This document shows positions 50,435-64,000 of a stretch of 64,000 nucleotides of DNA, one piece after another. A model generated the notes under the pieces. That model was given only the letters and a program-made list of their open reading frames with translations, had not been told where the DNA came from and did no database searches. The stretch comes from Lytechinus pictus (Eukaryota): the NCBI RefSeq assembly GCF_037042905.1, contig NC_087251.1, forward strand, positions 29,948,001 through 30,012,000, given 5' to 3'. The translations under genes and the position numbers were made by a program. How positions within the stretch are numbered: the first letter of the stretch is position 1; each line of letters starts with the position of its first letter.

Positions 50435-52831
50435 AAGTCAACATAAGACCTATCTGGTCAAGTGGGAAACGAAATGGAGAGGTTATTTAAAAAAGACTTA
50501 TTCTTGTTACTGAAGATTGAATGCTGACAATACAAATGGTTGGAGTAATGGTTAATCTTGTGTACAAACTATCCTCACAAATCTACAGAATAATTGGATG
50601 ATACTCAGATAGCACATACTAAGTAAAGCTTGATGTAACTTGGCAGTAGGTACACACTTTTATAAAGTGACTGTCACCATCTTATTTACCCTGTGTAGGA
50701 CTTTGCCTTAACTTTCTCAGCAATGATGTATTCTCATGAAGCCCACACCACAAAAATGGATTCTCCAAATTGGATCATATTATATTGGCCCATTTAGAGA
50801 ATTTGAAGTGTAGTCAATTTTGACCACTGGCTCTTATGATTCCTCTTAAATATTTGTAGAAATTATTAATTTGTCATCTGTTTATGATTGGATGGTCATC
50901 TATTTGACAGGCAGCCAAGTAAAAAAAGTGTATCTGAATCAGCAATTTTTTAAAATATGTTTGTTGACAATTAATTGCCCAATTTTAGAGCCAATACAAC
51001 ATGGTCCTGGATTTGTATTTTTGTTCATAAAGTTCCATTTGGGAAAATGTTCATAGTATTCCCCTCTATTTTGATGCAATCTTCTCAATTATTTGACAGG
51101 AGCTTAGATTTATTGAAGGCCTTCTAAGGCCATAAGCAGTGATGCCCATTTGATTAGCCTCAATACCCCCTTCTCATTTACCTTGGAGATTTGTTGTGCC
51201 TTTTTAAATTATTTTAATTTGCTGCTGTAATACTGAAATGTGCCCTTTAGAAAAGTGACCTTTATTTTACCCTATTGAAAAATATTGAAAAGAAAGGCCT
51301 GATAAGACACAGTTACCATCCAAGACTGTCTATTAGTAGCTGTTTGCAAGGCTTACTCAAGAAGCAAGTGCTATATATCAAATGTCTAATTGATATCTAT
51401 GTTGATATCTTTTTTGTATCCCCCCCCTCAGCAAATGAACAGAAAAAGTGTGAGATATACAGAGAGAAAATACTAATTGTCAGTATTCTCTATTAAAACA
51501 GATATTAGGCGTTTGATATATTCCTGGGCCAATATAAGCTATGCCAAGTCTTTTGATGTGATTATGATTTATTTTATCCAAAAGTAATTTTGAAATTTGA
51601 TAATACAAATTTATTGTTCTTAGTTTTGGAAAAAATATGTGTGCAAAAGTATTCAATTCATTTTATTATTATGTTCAGCCATTAGAGCTAGTGGTAAATT
51701 GTAAAATATGTATAAAGTTTAATGTACATGTACAGTATAGAATATATCTATGCATTCGACACCTTGATATTTGGAATCTTTGTGTAATTATAAAATCAGA
51801 TATTATTTGTGTTGATGTTATACAACATGATTGTAAAGTGCAAGCACTACAGAAATCAAACCATGTCAATACCTTTTTTTATGTGTAAAAATCACACCGA
51901 GATAAAATGTGACTGTGTGAAAGAGAAAGGGAATCATTAGTTATTTTTAGAAAGAGTTAGGTATGTGCTAGAAAAATGTCTGAAAGTACAAGTTCACCTT
52001 GATCTCACGTTGGCTAGGCTAATATGCTTAGCTATTGTTGTTAGCCTTAAAAATGGAAAAAAAACCCACCTAATACTGAAATTAAGATGAGAATTCATTA
52101 AAAGGGCATAGGTCCATGAATTAGTGCAAAAATCCCCCCCCCCCCATTTTTTTCTGGTGTAGGCCATTATCAAAAACATATTGCTGTTCAAAATTTCTTT
52201 GATGTCAATATCAGTATCATTCTATTAGTGTGATTATGAGAAAGGTGTAAGAGACAAAAGATGCAAAACAATTTTCATTCCTGTAATGGCTCTGGATATA
52301 GAACTGAAATGTGATTTCCGGTTCAACATGATCTTTGTTTTGCATTTTCTTTATTGCTTTCCATTATTTTCATTTCTGTTTCTCTATTTTATCTTCCTTT
52401 ATGATTAAGTTTTCAGTTTGTAAATCCCTATTTTTTTAGGAGGGATGGTGGGGAATGGGGGCAAGAATTAATCTCTTCCCACCCAGAAATTTGACTGGGG
52501 GAATAGACTCCCCTCGCCCTCCAATGTCAACACCCTGATGCCTTTCTTTGGCTAATCTCCAGTGCAGTTTTCCAGGGGTGTACTTCTAGGCTCATGGGAA
52601 TTCCCATTTATACAGGATATCAACTGACATTAGGAAGTTATCAAGATGTCCTTTGTATCCTGCACTGAGAACAGACTTTGCCCTCCTGTGTTCCATTGTT
52701 TTTATCTTAATTCCAATACTTCATTATTAACAACAATCAGTGCCCAAACATTCAAAGTGATATAGAGTGTACTCTTTACAAAAGACAACTGAATTCAGCC
52801 ATTCATCTGAGTGAAAGCTGTCTTGTGAAAT

Positions 52832-55800
52832 ATGGCACACTTGGAGAGAAGTTTATTCATTAAACAAGTCATGATTGTTACTATCCTCATTTGTTGCTGT
52901 CTGGCGACCATCATCAATGGCCACATCGTCGACAGGGGGGACGACGTTGAAACCTTGAATGTTTATGTGGTTCCTCATAGTCACATGGATGTAGGCTGGG
53001 TTTACACAGTTCAGGTACGTGTATCTTATGTAGTCTTCAGAACTGAACATCTATTTCCACTGCCTTTTATTTCATTGTTTGTGGTGTGATTCTGGTGCAT
53101 TTCATTGAGTTAATTGAAATTATTGTGCAACTGTTTTGTTTATTGTGATAGTATGTTTTATCTAAATATCAAGCTAAGGAATATCATTAAAAGTCAAAGA
53201 AGAACCCCAAAATTAAAAAAAAATTGCAGTACTCTTTCTGTGATCTATAAGACTAAATATGTATTATCTCTTAGATTAAAACATGAAGCTAAATTAAGTT
53301 GAATATTAAGAACCATTACAAAAAAAGTAATTTTTCTTTATTAAATTTTCCATATGTATTGACGTCTATGGATTGCTTTTGCTAAAATCTTTCAGTCAAA
53401 ATCTGTTTTCCTTTTTGTTTTGACTATATTACATATGTTTATGATTCTTTTTATTTCTTGTTTTTACACCCCACCCCCTTCTCTCTCTTTCTTCTCTTTC
53501 ATTTGACCCCCTCTTATCTCTTGTAATACATATGTGTATGATATTATATTTGGTGAGAGATTCATTGTCTTCATTATACTCATTTTCAGGAGAGCATGCA
53601 TGCTTATGCTGCCAATGTTTACACCACGGTGATAGCTGAACTTGCTAGAAACCCTGCACGCCGATTTATTGCTGTTGAGCAGGAGTTCTTCAGGCTCTGG
53701 TGGGATGGGGTAGCCACGGAAATACAAAAGGTATATCCACAAAATTTTCAGCTGCTCTATGATAGCAATTGCTGTGATAATCATCATTTTTTGTCCTCCC
53801 CCCCCCCCTTTGAAAATTTATGCAAGATTTGTGATACAGTAATCCCTTTGAACCACACCAAAGAACATACACGCCCATGCAGGGGCGTCGCTAAAGGAAG
53901 GGGGCAAGACAACCTTAAGATTACATACTTTTCTTTTTAGCTCTACTTCTGTTTTCTTTATCTTTTTTCTTTATTTTCTCTTTCATTTTCTTTCACTACT
54001 TGAAAAAAAAGGGGGAGCAGTCACCCCCTGTGTCAATGGTCACTGTTTATATTGTTGTACGGCCATGTAATATCATCTTTTTGCTGTGAATTTCAAAGAA
54101 TTTGTAAATGTTTGACTACGATGGAACATACTGTTTGTGATGAATAAATCATACAACATGAAAACAAGATACTGAATTTAAGCAGGTATAATTACAAGAA
54201 TTATATATTTAAAAAAAAGGTTTGAACAAAAGTATACTAGAAATATCAGATATCATTTATGAATTTCGAAATTGCCATTGTAGACTATTCTAACATAATA
54301 AACATTTCATGCCTCACTGTTGCTTTATGCCCTTAGAGTTTATAAAGAGTTTATGAGAGGAAAAAGTTACTTCAATAAAACCTAGTAGATAAAGATTGAA
54401 TGTGACAAAATATGTTCTTTATTTTAAGGTTATAATTACCTTTTGTTCGTCTTTTCAGAGTCAAACAAGAAAGTTTGTTACTAATGGTCAGATGGAGTTT
54501 ATTATTGGAGGCCAGGTGATGCATGATGAAGCAGTGACTGAACTTAGTGCCATTATACAACAAATGACAGGTGATAAACATTCTTAAAGATGTGGAATCT
54601 TGTCTCCTGTATAAAAAAAAACAATGTGAATTCCCCCCACCCCCAAAAAATCAGATTAAATTTATAAAGAATGAGAAAAAAATAAATAAATAAATGGACA
54701 AATAAATAATTAATAAATACATGAATGAATAAATTAATTCATATATAAATAGATAAATATAAATAGATAAATAATAAATGAAAAATAAATAAATAAAAGA
54801 AATGATTATTCATGTACTGTATATTTAATTAACCCTTGGGAACTGAAAGTGATAGGCAGAATAGTGGGGCTATAACAATCAAACAATTAGGCATGTTTTT
54901 AGTGCATTATTCGATTATATTTTGAGCATTGTAAATAATTTATACATATATTCATATATATCAAGTTTATTAACAGATGTTCTGATTAATGCTTTCCTAA
55001 ATATTGTAGTGGTTTTGTTTTGAAATATTCACAGTTTGTTATGGATTTTTGCCAGGTAAGCATTTTCATCACCATGATATCTTGTTATAGCCAAGGACCA
55101 TTTGGATCCATGATTCTCTATTCAAATTTTGTTTCTTTTTCTTAGCCTATGTCATACCCTCTGTATTTCTCCCTTTCTCATCCTCATCTGTCTCTCTCCT
55201 CTCTCTCTCTTTCACTCTTTCTCTTTCTAAATCTACATTTCCCTTTAATCCTATCATATAGAGGGACACGCCTTCATCTATGAGACATTCGGTGTTCGAC
55301 CTCAGTTTGGCTGGCATGTAGATCCTTTCGGTGCTTCTGCAGCTACTCCCACTCTTTTTGCACTCATGGGATTCAATGCCCATCTGACGTCACGAATAGA
55401 TTATGATCAGAAATCCGCCATGATGAAGTCAAAGGTATTGTCTACCTTCTTCAACTTCTTCGCCTCTCTTTTTTTCTTCACTTTCTATAAAATTGCTCAC
55501 ATTTCTTTTGGTGGACTCCCATATTTCTTTTAGTAAGATTGTCTAACTTTCTTGGGTGCTGTTCTCCCCAGGAATAAGGAACAAACCCCTTCATAGTGAT
55601 TTATTAGCCCTCACTACGTACCTAGACAATCAACTTTACGACAAAGTTGAAGACATGACAATCGATGTTGAAGAATTTCACGGTGACTTTGTCCCATCAT
55701 TGACGGGTACTTTGAGGCTGCTATATGAACCTATAAGTAACTCTTGTATTAGAATTTGTTTGATGGTTCTGGAGTATGCTCCATGACGTCAAAGAATAAG

Positions 55801-58800
55801 CATAATAATAATCATAGACATATACCCTTCAAAGGTCTACTTGTAAACATCATTATTGGCTCATCTGTAAATTAAGAAAAAAGAGCTTTCATGGCTATGG
55901 CACTTTTGTAGTTAATAAGTACAGGACTATGAATGTATTAGATAAACAGATATATAGATAGAATGCATTTTATTTTGACATTAAAAAAAAACACCCCAAC
56001 AGATATCTGTTTTGCATTGGGGCCATGAAGAAATATAAAAAACGAAAGGCACCCAATCTTAATTCAGAAATTTTATCAGAACCATATATTATACAAGTTG
56101 ATAATGAAGTAAAACTGGGTTATATTTATTCAAGCTGACTAATTAATCCACAATTTATGAATCCACCTTCATCTTTTAGGGACTCCAGTTTGTATGGCAA
56201 GCCTCACCGTCTCTTGGATCATCACAGAGTATGTTCACCCATGTCATGGATACATACAGTTATTGTGTTCCAATGGAGAAACCACCATTTTCTAACAGGT
56301 CAGTTCATTTATTGCAGCGACATCAAAAATCCTTGCAAAATGATTTCTGTCTTTCCATCTGCGCCATTTTAAGGCCTTTGACGTCTATGCCTTTGAAGAA
56401 TTCAATTGATAAAATATGACAATATGAAAAAATATCAAATGTTGATTTCTTATGTCCCACTGCCATTTTATGCCATTCAACATTATTCCTTTTAAGAAGT
56501 CAATGTGGGAAATATGACAGCATTGCTGGATAAAATACACTCACTTGGCTTGCGCCATTTGTAAAAAAAATTGGGAAAAGAACGGTATATCAGTAGTTTT
56601 TATGTATACATCATTCATTTTAAGCGCCACTTGATAGGAAAAAAGAAAGAAACAAAACCAAAAGTAATATCATTTCCCCATGATACATGAATTAAAAAAG
56701 CACCTTCACAACTATTATGTTTTCCCTCTCTTTCTTTTTTTACAAAATCTTTAAACAACGTCTTATTTTGTTAGAAATTATCTATTATCATAATAGAAAT
56801 AAGAGTATGATCATTATTTTGCGAAAATAGAATTCAATTTTTTTCTGAAATAATACCAGAAAGGTTTGTCTGAAATAACCAGAGACTGCTGTATACACCA
56901 GACATGATACCTTTATTCATTGGTGCTATTTATACTACAGTTGAAGATAAATTTTCCCAGTAAATGTTACTGTATCAAATAAGGATACACCACCTCAGCT
57001 GCATGTTTTTTATTCATTCTTTGAAATAATCTCAACCTCAGTAAATTTTTTTTACAATGTTCGATATCATACCTTAGATCTGGATACATGTGGAATGGAG
57101 TAGCAAAGTTTCCCAATCCACCAACCGATGGTATGTACCCCAACATGAGTGATCCAGTGACGTCAAAGAATGTTGGAGAGTATGCTGATTTCATGGTGGC
57201 TAATGTACGCAAACGGGCTGCTTGGTTTAAGACTCCTCACCTACTCTGGCCTTGGGTATGTACAGTCTTCCAAAATAATAACATTTTGTCCCTATTTATT
57301 TATTTGTATGTTTATTGTTTTTAATGATATATTTTTTATACATGTATTGATTTGTATATTTATTTGTTTCATTATTTATTTGTTTATTTATTTTTATTTA
57401 TTAACTAATTGATACATTTAGTTATGCATTTATGACTGATTTATTTCTTTATTTATTTTCATATATATTATTTCATTTAAATATATGTAAAATTAATTTT
57501 TTATAATTTATATGCGAATTCATAGGTCTCAATATTATATTATTGCAAGATGGTCAGTTTTTTGCATAATGTTTGTTTGATTTAGTAATTATAAACAAAT
57601 TATAATGACACAATTACAAAAGCTATGCAATATGTTAACATCTTTTTTGAAAAGGTTACTTAATGCTATTTTATCATAGATGATGGGTAGTATCTCATAG
57701 TGTATAACAATGTGATATTGTAGAAGAATTGTGTCCTCTCTCTTTCTTCATTATTCTTCTTCCAAGTTTACCATAGTTTTATCTCATGTATTTCTACAGG
57801 GTTGTGATAAGCAGTTCTTCAATGCTACTGACCAGTATGAAAATATGGACCGCCTTCTAGAATATATTAACCAACACAGAACTAAATACAATATAAAAAT
57901 CCGTCAGGCGACACTTGGCCAGTTTTTCACCGCTCTACACAACAGTCAATCTACATGGGGTGTTAAGAACACAGGAGATTTTCTTCCTTATTCGACAGGT
58001 AAATATAATGTGAACAACCACATTTAATGATCAATCTTTTTTTAAGTATTTTAAGTTTTCCTTTCTATATTCTTTGCTCCTGTTCCATTTAGCCCCCTTT
58101 TGATTTGAGAGGAAGATAAAGTAATTAGATCTCCATCCAAAGCACCAGGGAATTATTATATTTAAAAAAGAATTGCATGGTTACTGAAATATGATTCACT
58201 ATGTTGAGAAAGGGGGAAGAGAGAATAAGAATGAAAGAATATTGAAAAATGCACTGGGGGATGAGGGAAAAAATGTGCCTCTTTTTCTTATTTTGACCCT
58301 GATTTGATGCTGATTTTTGTGTTCTCCAAGAAATCAAAGTTATCGTAAATCCCCTCAAAAGTCTTGGTCACTGTTCCAATTTATCACTACATTCAAGTAA
58401 AGGGTGTGTCCTGAAACTATTATGGTTTATAATGTGTAAAAGGAAGAACATCTTTTAGTGGGTGTAGTAGTGATTTTATTTAAACATATAATTTGGCTGG
58501 AAGTTCGAACACCCCCCCCCCCAAAAAAAAAAAAAACCCACAAAATAATTATCAAGTTTGTCATGCATATTTACAACATATTATTTATCAAACAATGATA
58601 TGATGAGATAGAATGAGAGGATAAAAATGATACCCAATTAGGTGATATCCGGTTATAAAATTTGATATTTCTTTTTCAAAGTATGTGACAGAAGCATGAT
58701 ATTGGATATTCTTTTGTTTCGTGTCTGCAGCACGCGAAGAAGCATGGACCGGATTCTACACTTCAAGGATCGAGTTGAAAGGATTAGCCCGGTCTAGTCA

Positions 58801-61800
58801 GGCTATTCTCAGATCAGGGGAGACACTCTTCTCTCTGTATACCCATCTTTATAACATCTCAAGGACTGTGAATACAACCGGCGCACTGGAAAAGATCAAG
58901 AAACTCAGATGGGCTTCGGCAGAGGTATTGATAATAATAAAAATACATGAGATTTGTATAGCGCACTTTCCATCTTGATTAGATGCTCAAGGCGCTTCAG
59001 AGCAGAACAACAAAAACTATTTACATATAATTGTCTGAACAATAAATCAATGTCTATCAAAAAGCACTCTTATACAGGTTGCCCTTGAAGGTGGTCACTG
59101 AAGTCTGGGTTTTCAAACTCTGTGGGAGAGAATTTCACAGGCTAGGCCCTGCATAAGCAAAGACCCGTTCCCTGTTTGATTTCTTAGCAACTGGAATTTG
59201 TAAGAGATTAGATGATACATTATTAGTACCTATTCCTAATTTGAATTCAAACTCACCTCATTTATATATGTATTATTTTTGTTAATGAATGAACCAAGAT
59301 GATGGATGTTCGGGTGTGCTTTTGTGTGTGATGATGACGATGTTTCTCGGTGGATGTGTCTGTGTGTGAATGAGCATGTTTCGCTCCCCCCCCCCCTCTT
59401 CATCTGATGTGTACATATATTAATTACTGTATTCTTTGGAGGCTTCTTATTTTCAAGTGTAAACTTTTTGTTGCCCTCCTTTTCTTGTAATGATATTTCT
59501 ATATACGAATGTACAATTTGATGATGTTTTATTATTATCAAGAATAAATTGAATTTGAAATTGAAAAAATTGATGAGGATCGTAAATTTCTTGAGGGTTG
59601 GTAATTATGCATCAAAGACCTATGGAAGTTCCATTGACTATATGAAAAATCAAAAGAAGGATTTTAAAGACTATATGCGTTCCTTCAGGGGCAACCAGTG
59701 AAGAGTTTTCAATATAGGGGCGATGTGGCTGCGCTTGCTAGATAGAGTTAGAATACGCGCAGCTGCATTTTGCAACCTTTGCAATCAAGAAAAGAATTCC
59801 CTGATATAAAAATATATCTGTATCCAATATCAATCGTTGATCTCGGTTGAAGGAGCCATGAACACAATAAAACCCCTTTTCTCTATCATAATTGTATCAG
59901 GGAATATTGCATCATCTTTGTCTTACTGATAATTCATTCTTGTCAGGGAACTGCTGCAGACACCAATTTTTTTTATAGTTTATTTATTTGTGAATTTAAT
60001 TCATTATTCTAAATCATACTGTATGTTATTGTACAAAAACGTTATATAGCCTAAAAATTGATTTTTTTTTTTTGTGTGTGTGTGTCTATGATTTCAGCAC
60101 ATGGAGATCCAGTGGTGGATCAAGGCCTGTCCCCCCCCCCCATCCCCAGATAAGAAAATGTGAAAGCTTTATAAAAAAGAAAAATATTGTAGATAACTGT
60201 TTTAAAAGTTGCTGTTCCGTGTTGTGAAGGAAGGATGTGAGTTGACAGGAAAGTGCTGCAGAAAGTGATGGGAATTTTTTTTGGGGGGGGCTTGTTAGAT
60301 AATTTTGTCAGATAGTTTTGGAAGAATAAATGGAGCCCTCGTGCCCCCCCCCCCTGTCAATCCTGGATGCACTGCTGTAGAGATCTACATATCCCTATGA
60401 TTCAGCATACATTATGAAGTTATTGTCATGTCATATTGTGAAGAATCTGAGGTGAGGTGAATGGGTACCTGGCATGCTTAATTCCTTGAATGCACGAAGC
60501 ACCTTTAGCAGCTATAGCTATAGTCAAGGTGCACCATTAAATAGGCAACATAAATGAACTGGGAGGATGTTTTATAAAGCTGATCGTAAGTTAGTAGCGA
60601 CTTTAAGAACGACTGGTGATCCATTCTTACATCTTGAATAATCATAAGTGACCATTTAATGGTGAATATATAAGGATCACCAGTAGTTCTTAAAGTCGCT
60701 ATTAACTTACAAACAGCTTTATGAAGCACCCACCAGAAGTTACAAAATAACAATTTAACAAACTATCTTTTACAGGTACAACACCATGATGGTGTGACGG
60801 GAACTGAAGCCCCTGTGGTGCGTGACATGTACATCAGTCATCTACGTGATGGAAGCCAAAATACCTTAGATGTGATTACGGATATTCTCTATGAACTGAC
60901 ACAAGTTAATACAAGGGAGACAGAACGCCGCAATGAGGAATATGATATACTCGGGATGAAGTCAGGTATGGATTCCAGACATCCGGTGTGAGAAAATTCA
61001 TATACTCTGAAAATATAATGTGAAAGAATGAAACATAAACAAAAGAGAATGTTAAGTCGTATATACTGAAAGTTATTCAAATAAAATAATCTTTCCAAAG
61101 AAGGAAAAAACAGGTACACTACATTGAAATACATAATTTGCAATGCGGATAAAAAGATTCCTAGCGAAACATCCATGTAATTATTCTGTTCATTTTTGCA
61201 TTTGTTAGATAAAACACAGATGTTGAATTTCAAAAAAGGAAAGAACTATATCTCCAATATAACAATGCTATTATAAAAAAAATACTAGTTTCTGGTTATC
61301 CTGCAATACTGTTATTTGAAACAAGTGAATGAAATTGTGTCATCCAGGTACTTCATAAGTCTAATGTATTTTATTTCAACACACCTCGTGAACAATCCTT
61401 TGAAAGTTACTGTGACCTTGATTGATATCTCATCCATCTTTAATTTTGCCCTTTACCAACCCCCTCCTGCTCCTCTCCCTGATTTAGATGAAAGGAAGGG
61501 TGCTGTCACCTATGCAGTCTACAACTCTCTGGGATGGAGCGTTCGACGATTAGTCATGATAGAAGTCGACTCACCTAATGTGACGGTTTTAGACTCACAG
61601 GGAAGACGAGTCATCAGCCAGGTATTGCAAACTTTATGAAAAGTTTTATTTAGCACATTTGGTTTACTGGTGAATAAATGCAATTCGAGTGACATTGGGA
61701 TTAAAAAAATAAACAAATAAACAAACAAAAACAAATTGCTCTTCCAAAATGAAAAAAAAAATGATACAGAATTTGTTATTACTAATAAGCCAACATTGGT

Positions 61801-63646
61801 ACTATAAAACAACATCTTCATGTGTGTGACCCCTCAACCATGGAACATGATATATTTGGGTCTCCTTTATTCTTTATAATTCTTCGGAAACTAGGTTTGA
61901 ATTAAATGTCTGAATTGTTTCTCCTTGTTTATGGTCTGTGTTTAATGGGTGCATAATACCTTGAAGTGATATATTTGAACACTAATTATCACTTCAGGTC
62001 AACCCGCCATCGAGTGGGAGTCAGCTCTACAAACTTCACTTCTTTGCTACCATTCCTCCTGTTGGCTACCAAACTTTTGTTGTTCTATTCTTCAATGATA
62101 ACCCATCATTCAGTGGTATCCAACATCAATTCCAAAGGGAATATCCCACTTTAATAAGCTATGAGGCTAGCACTAGGGAGGCTTCGGAAGATGGAGGCAG
62201 AGATGAAGGGGGTGGTGACGCGGAAGAAGATGAATTATCCATTGAGAATGATTGCTACAAAATATATTTTGATCCTTCAACGAATGCACTGTCATCAATA
62301 ACCAATAAGTAAGCTTGCAACATGGAAGGTTGTATTTTACTTTTCATTGATAGTAGCACAGTCTTTTGGTAGATATATAGAAATATTTGTTAGAGGATTA
62401 TGTTACACATAAAGAGGTATTATTCAGGAAGCTTATTCAGTGCACTTTTCACACTCAAAATGTAACATTATTCCTCAATATAGGAGATCACTTTAATTAT
62501 TCACAATTTCTTTCATTAAAGGACAAGTCCACCCCAACAAAAAGTTGACTTGAATAAAAAGAGAAAAATCCAACAAGCATAACACTGAAAATTTCATCAA
62601 AATCGGATGTAAAATAAGAAAGTTATGACATTTTAAAGTTTCACTTAATTTCACAAAACAGTTATATGCACATCCTGGCTGGTATGCAAATGAGGAAACT
62701 ATGACGTCATCCACTCACTATTTCTTTTGTATTTCATTATATGAAATATGAAATATTCTAATTTTCTCCTCATTGTCCAGTGATACAACGATTAATTCCT
62801 CCCTGAACATGTGGAATTAGCATTGTTTAATACTATATGGTTCGGTCAAGTTGGTCCTTATTGTCAAATTTATAAAAAATTAAATATTGTATAATTTAAA
62901 CAATAAAAAACAAAAGAAATAGTGAGTGATGGACATCATCGACTGACTCATCTAGTTGTGTATATATCACTTTTTTGTGAAAAATAAGCGAAATTTTAAA
63001 TGTCATAACTTTCTTATTTTACATCCGATTTGATGAAATTTTCAGCATTATGCTAGTTTGATTTTTCTCTATTTATTCAAGTCAGCATTTTCCTGGGGTG
63101 GACTTGACCTTTAATAATATGGCATGGTCTTTTGGAAGATAATATACTTAAATGGTTTCAAGAGGATTATGATACCTGAAAAGGAATCATATCGAGCTTA
63201 TTCAGTGAACTTTCACGCAAAGGTTCTCAATAGGTAGTACCATTCCTCGGTATGGGAGAATACTCAAACTGTTCACAATTTCTCAAACGAATCTCTCCAT
63301 GTATCGGCCTGATTATCTTACTGGGATGGGCTCTTTAAATCTTTGTTTGCATTAAGATAGATGCAAAGCTTATTCCTTTATATCAGAAAAGAATTGATTG
63401 AATTGAAATTGATTTGATTCTTTTCTTGAATGATTTTTGTTTGAATCACAGACAGAATGGCAAGATCACAAAAATGAGTGCTGGATTCCTGGAGTATCTT
63501 GTCTTCCATGACGTGCTGTATGGTCAAACATCCAACAACTACATCTTCAGACCATACGGACCTGCCTCGGGTATCAGTAGCATCAGAACCAAGCTTGATA
63601 TGTCTACAGGTCATCTTATAAATGAGACAACGCAACATTTCTATGG
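52832..63646 (+). CDS. MAN2B2: GH38 alpha-mannosidase, epididymis-specific/lysosomal core-specific type (partial; continues beyond window)
   Basis: Exons 52832-53014, 53590-53730, 54459-54570, 55262-55434, 56180-56298, 57078-57255, 57800-57998, 58731-58924, 60776-60965, 61488-61621, 61998-62308 and 63452-63646 join in frame. Signal peptide; zinc-binding [36 protein letters not shown]; nucleophile motif [38 protein letters not shown]. These segments read as MAN2B2 rather than MAN2B1. Confidence 0.93.
58928..59220 (-). mobile_element. Degenerate L2/CR1 LINE 3' fragment in MAN2B2 intron 8
   Basis: Minus strand reads [41 protein letters not shown]; 3' AAGCGCCTTGAGCATC...GCGCTATACAAAT. Confidence 0.65.
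60110..60377. mobile_element. hAT-like MITE
   Basis: CAGTGGTGGATC / GATGCACTGCTG ends; 8-bp flanks TGGAGATC and TAGAGATC. Confidence 0.6.
62520..63110. mobile_element. Intact Kolobok-like MITE in MAN2B2 intron 11
   Basis: TTAA|AGGACAAGTCCACCCC ... GGGGTGGACTTGACCT|TTAA with long imperfect TIRs. Confidence 0.85.
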
Positions 63647-64000
63647 GTAATATAGTTGGCTTTTTGCATATCGTAATACATGAACTAATATCTTATTTGT
63701 CACAGTGTCTGTTTTATATTTTTATGTAAATAATCACACCTGAAAGTGTGTGGAGCATACAAGGGCTGCATGACTGGGAGGGGCAGTGTAAGACAGAAGA
63801 ATGGTTACCACTCTGACAGATATGCATATATGATTTCATGTAATTGAATGGCTTATAAATGATTCAGGTGCCTATTTTTAGCTTTTAATCTGATTTTTAA
63901 CATCTACCTATACTGTACACCATCCTAAAATGGTGAATAATAAAGAGATAAAAGGGGTGAATTAATAAAGAAAGTATTAAGGGACTTCACACTTTAAGGC

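Overview
AT-rich, intron-rich eukaryotic DNA. It is most likely an echinoderm (sea urchin-like); this is inferred from the Deu-domain tRNA-SINE, Tsp/HINE-like elements and gene content, and is not provable from the window alone. Three spliced protein-coding genes lie on the + strand, and their exons join in frame across GT-AG introns. (1) A ~700-aa cytoplasmic ZU5-UPA-death-domain protein (UNC5CL/ZUD-like, no ectodomain or transmembrane helix), 24440-31991. (2) An FSIP1 orthologue, ~668 aa, 39343-50434. (3) The first 12 coding exons of a GH38 alpha-mannosidase (MAN2B2-like), 52832-63646, which continues past the window. Most ORFs in the supplied track are spurious. The rest is a dense, nested mix of non-autonomous DNA transposons (Tc1/mariner-, Kolobok-, Harbinger-, P-, hAT- and Academ-like ends assigned from TIR/TSD signatures), tandem-repeat-carrying HINE/Tsp-like elements, tRNA-derived SINEs and L2/CR1 LINE fragments. 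The most unusual structure is a ~920-bp palindrome at 19920-20841: two opposed TAGAC...GTCTA elements separated and flanked by three same-orientation copies of one 9-bp target site. No prokaryote-style system (CRISPR, operon) is present, and I cannot claim a clearly new biological system.
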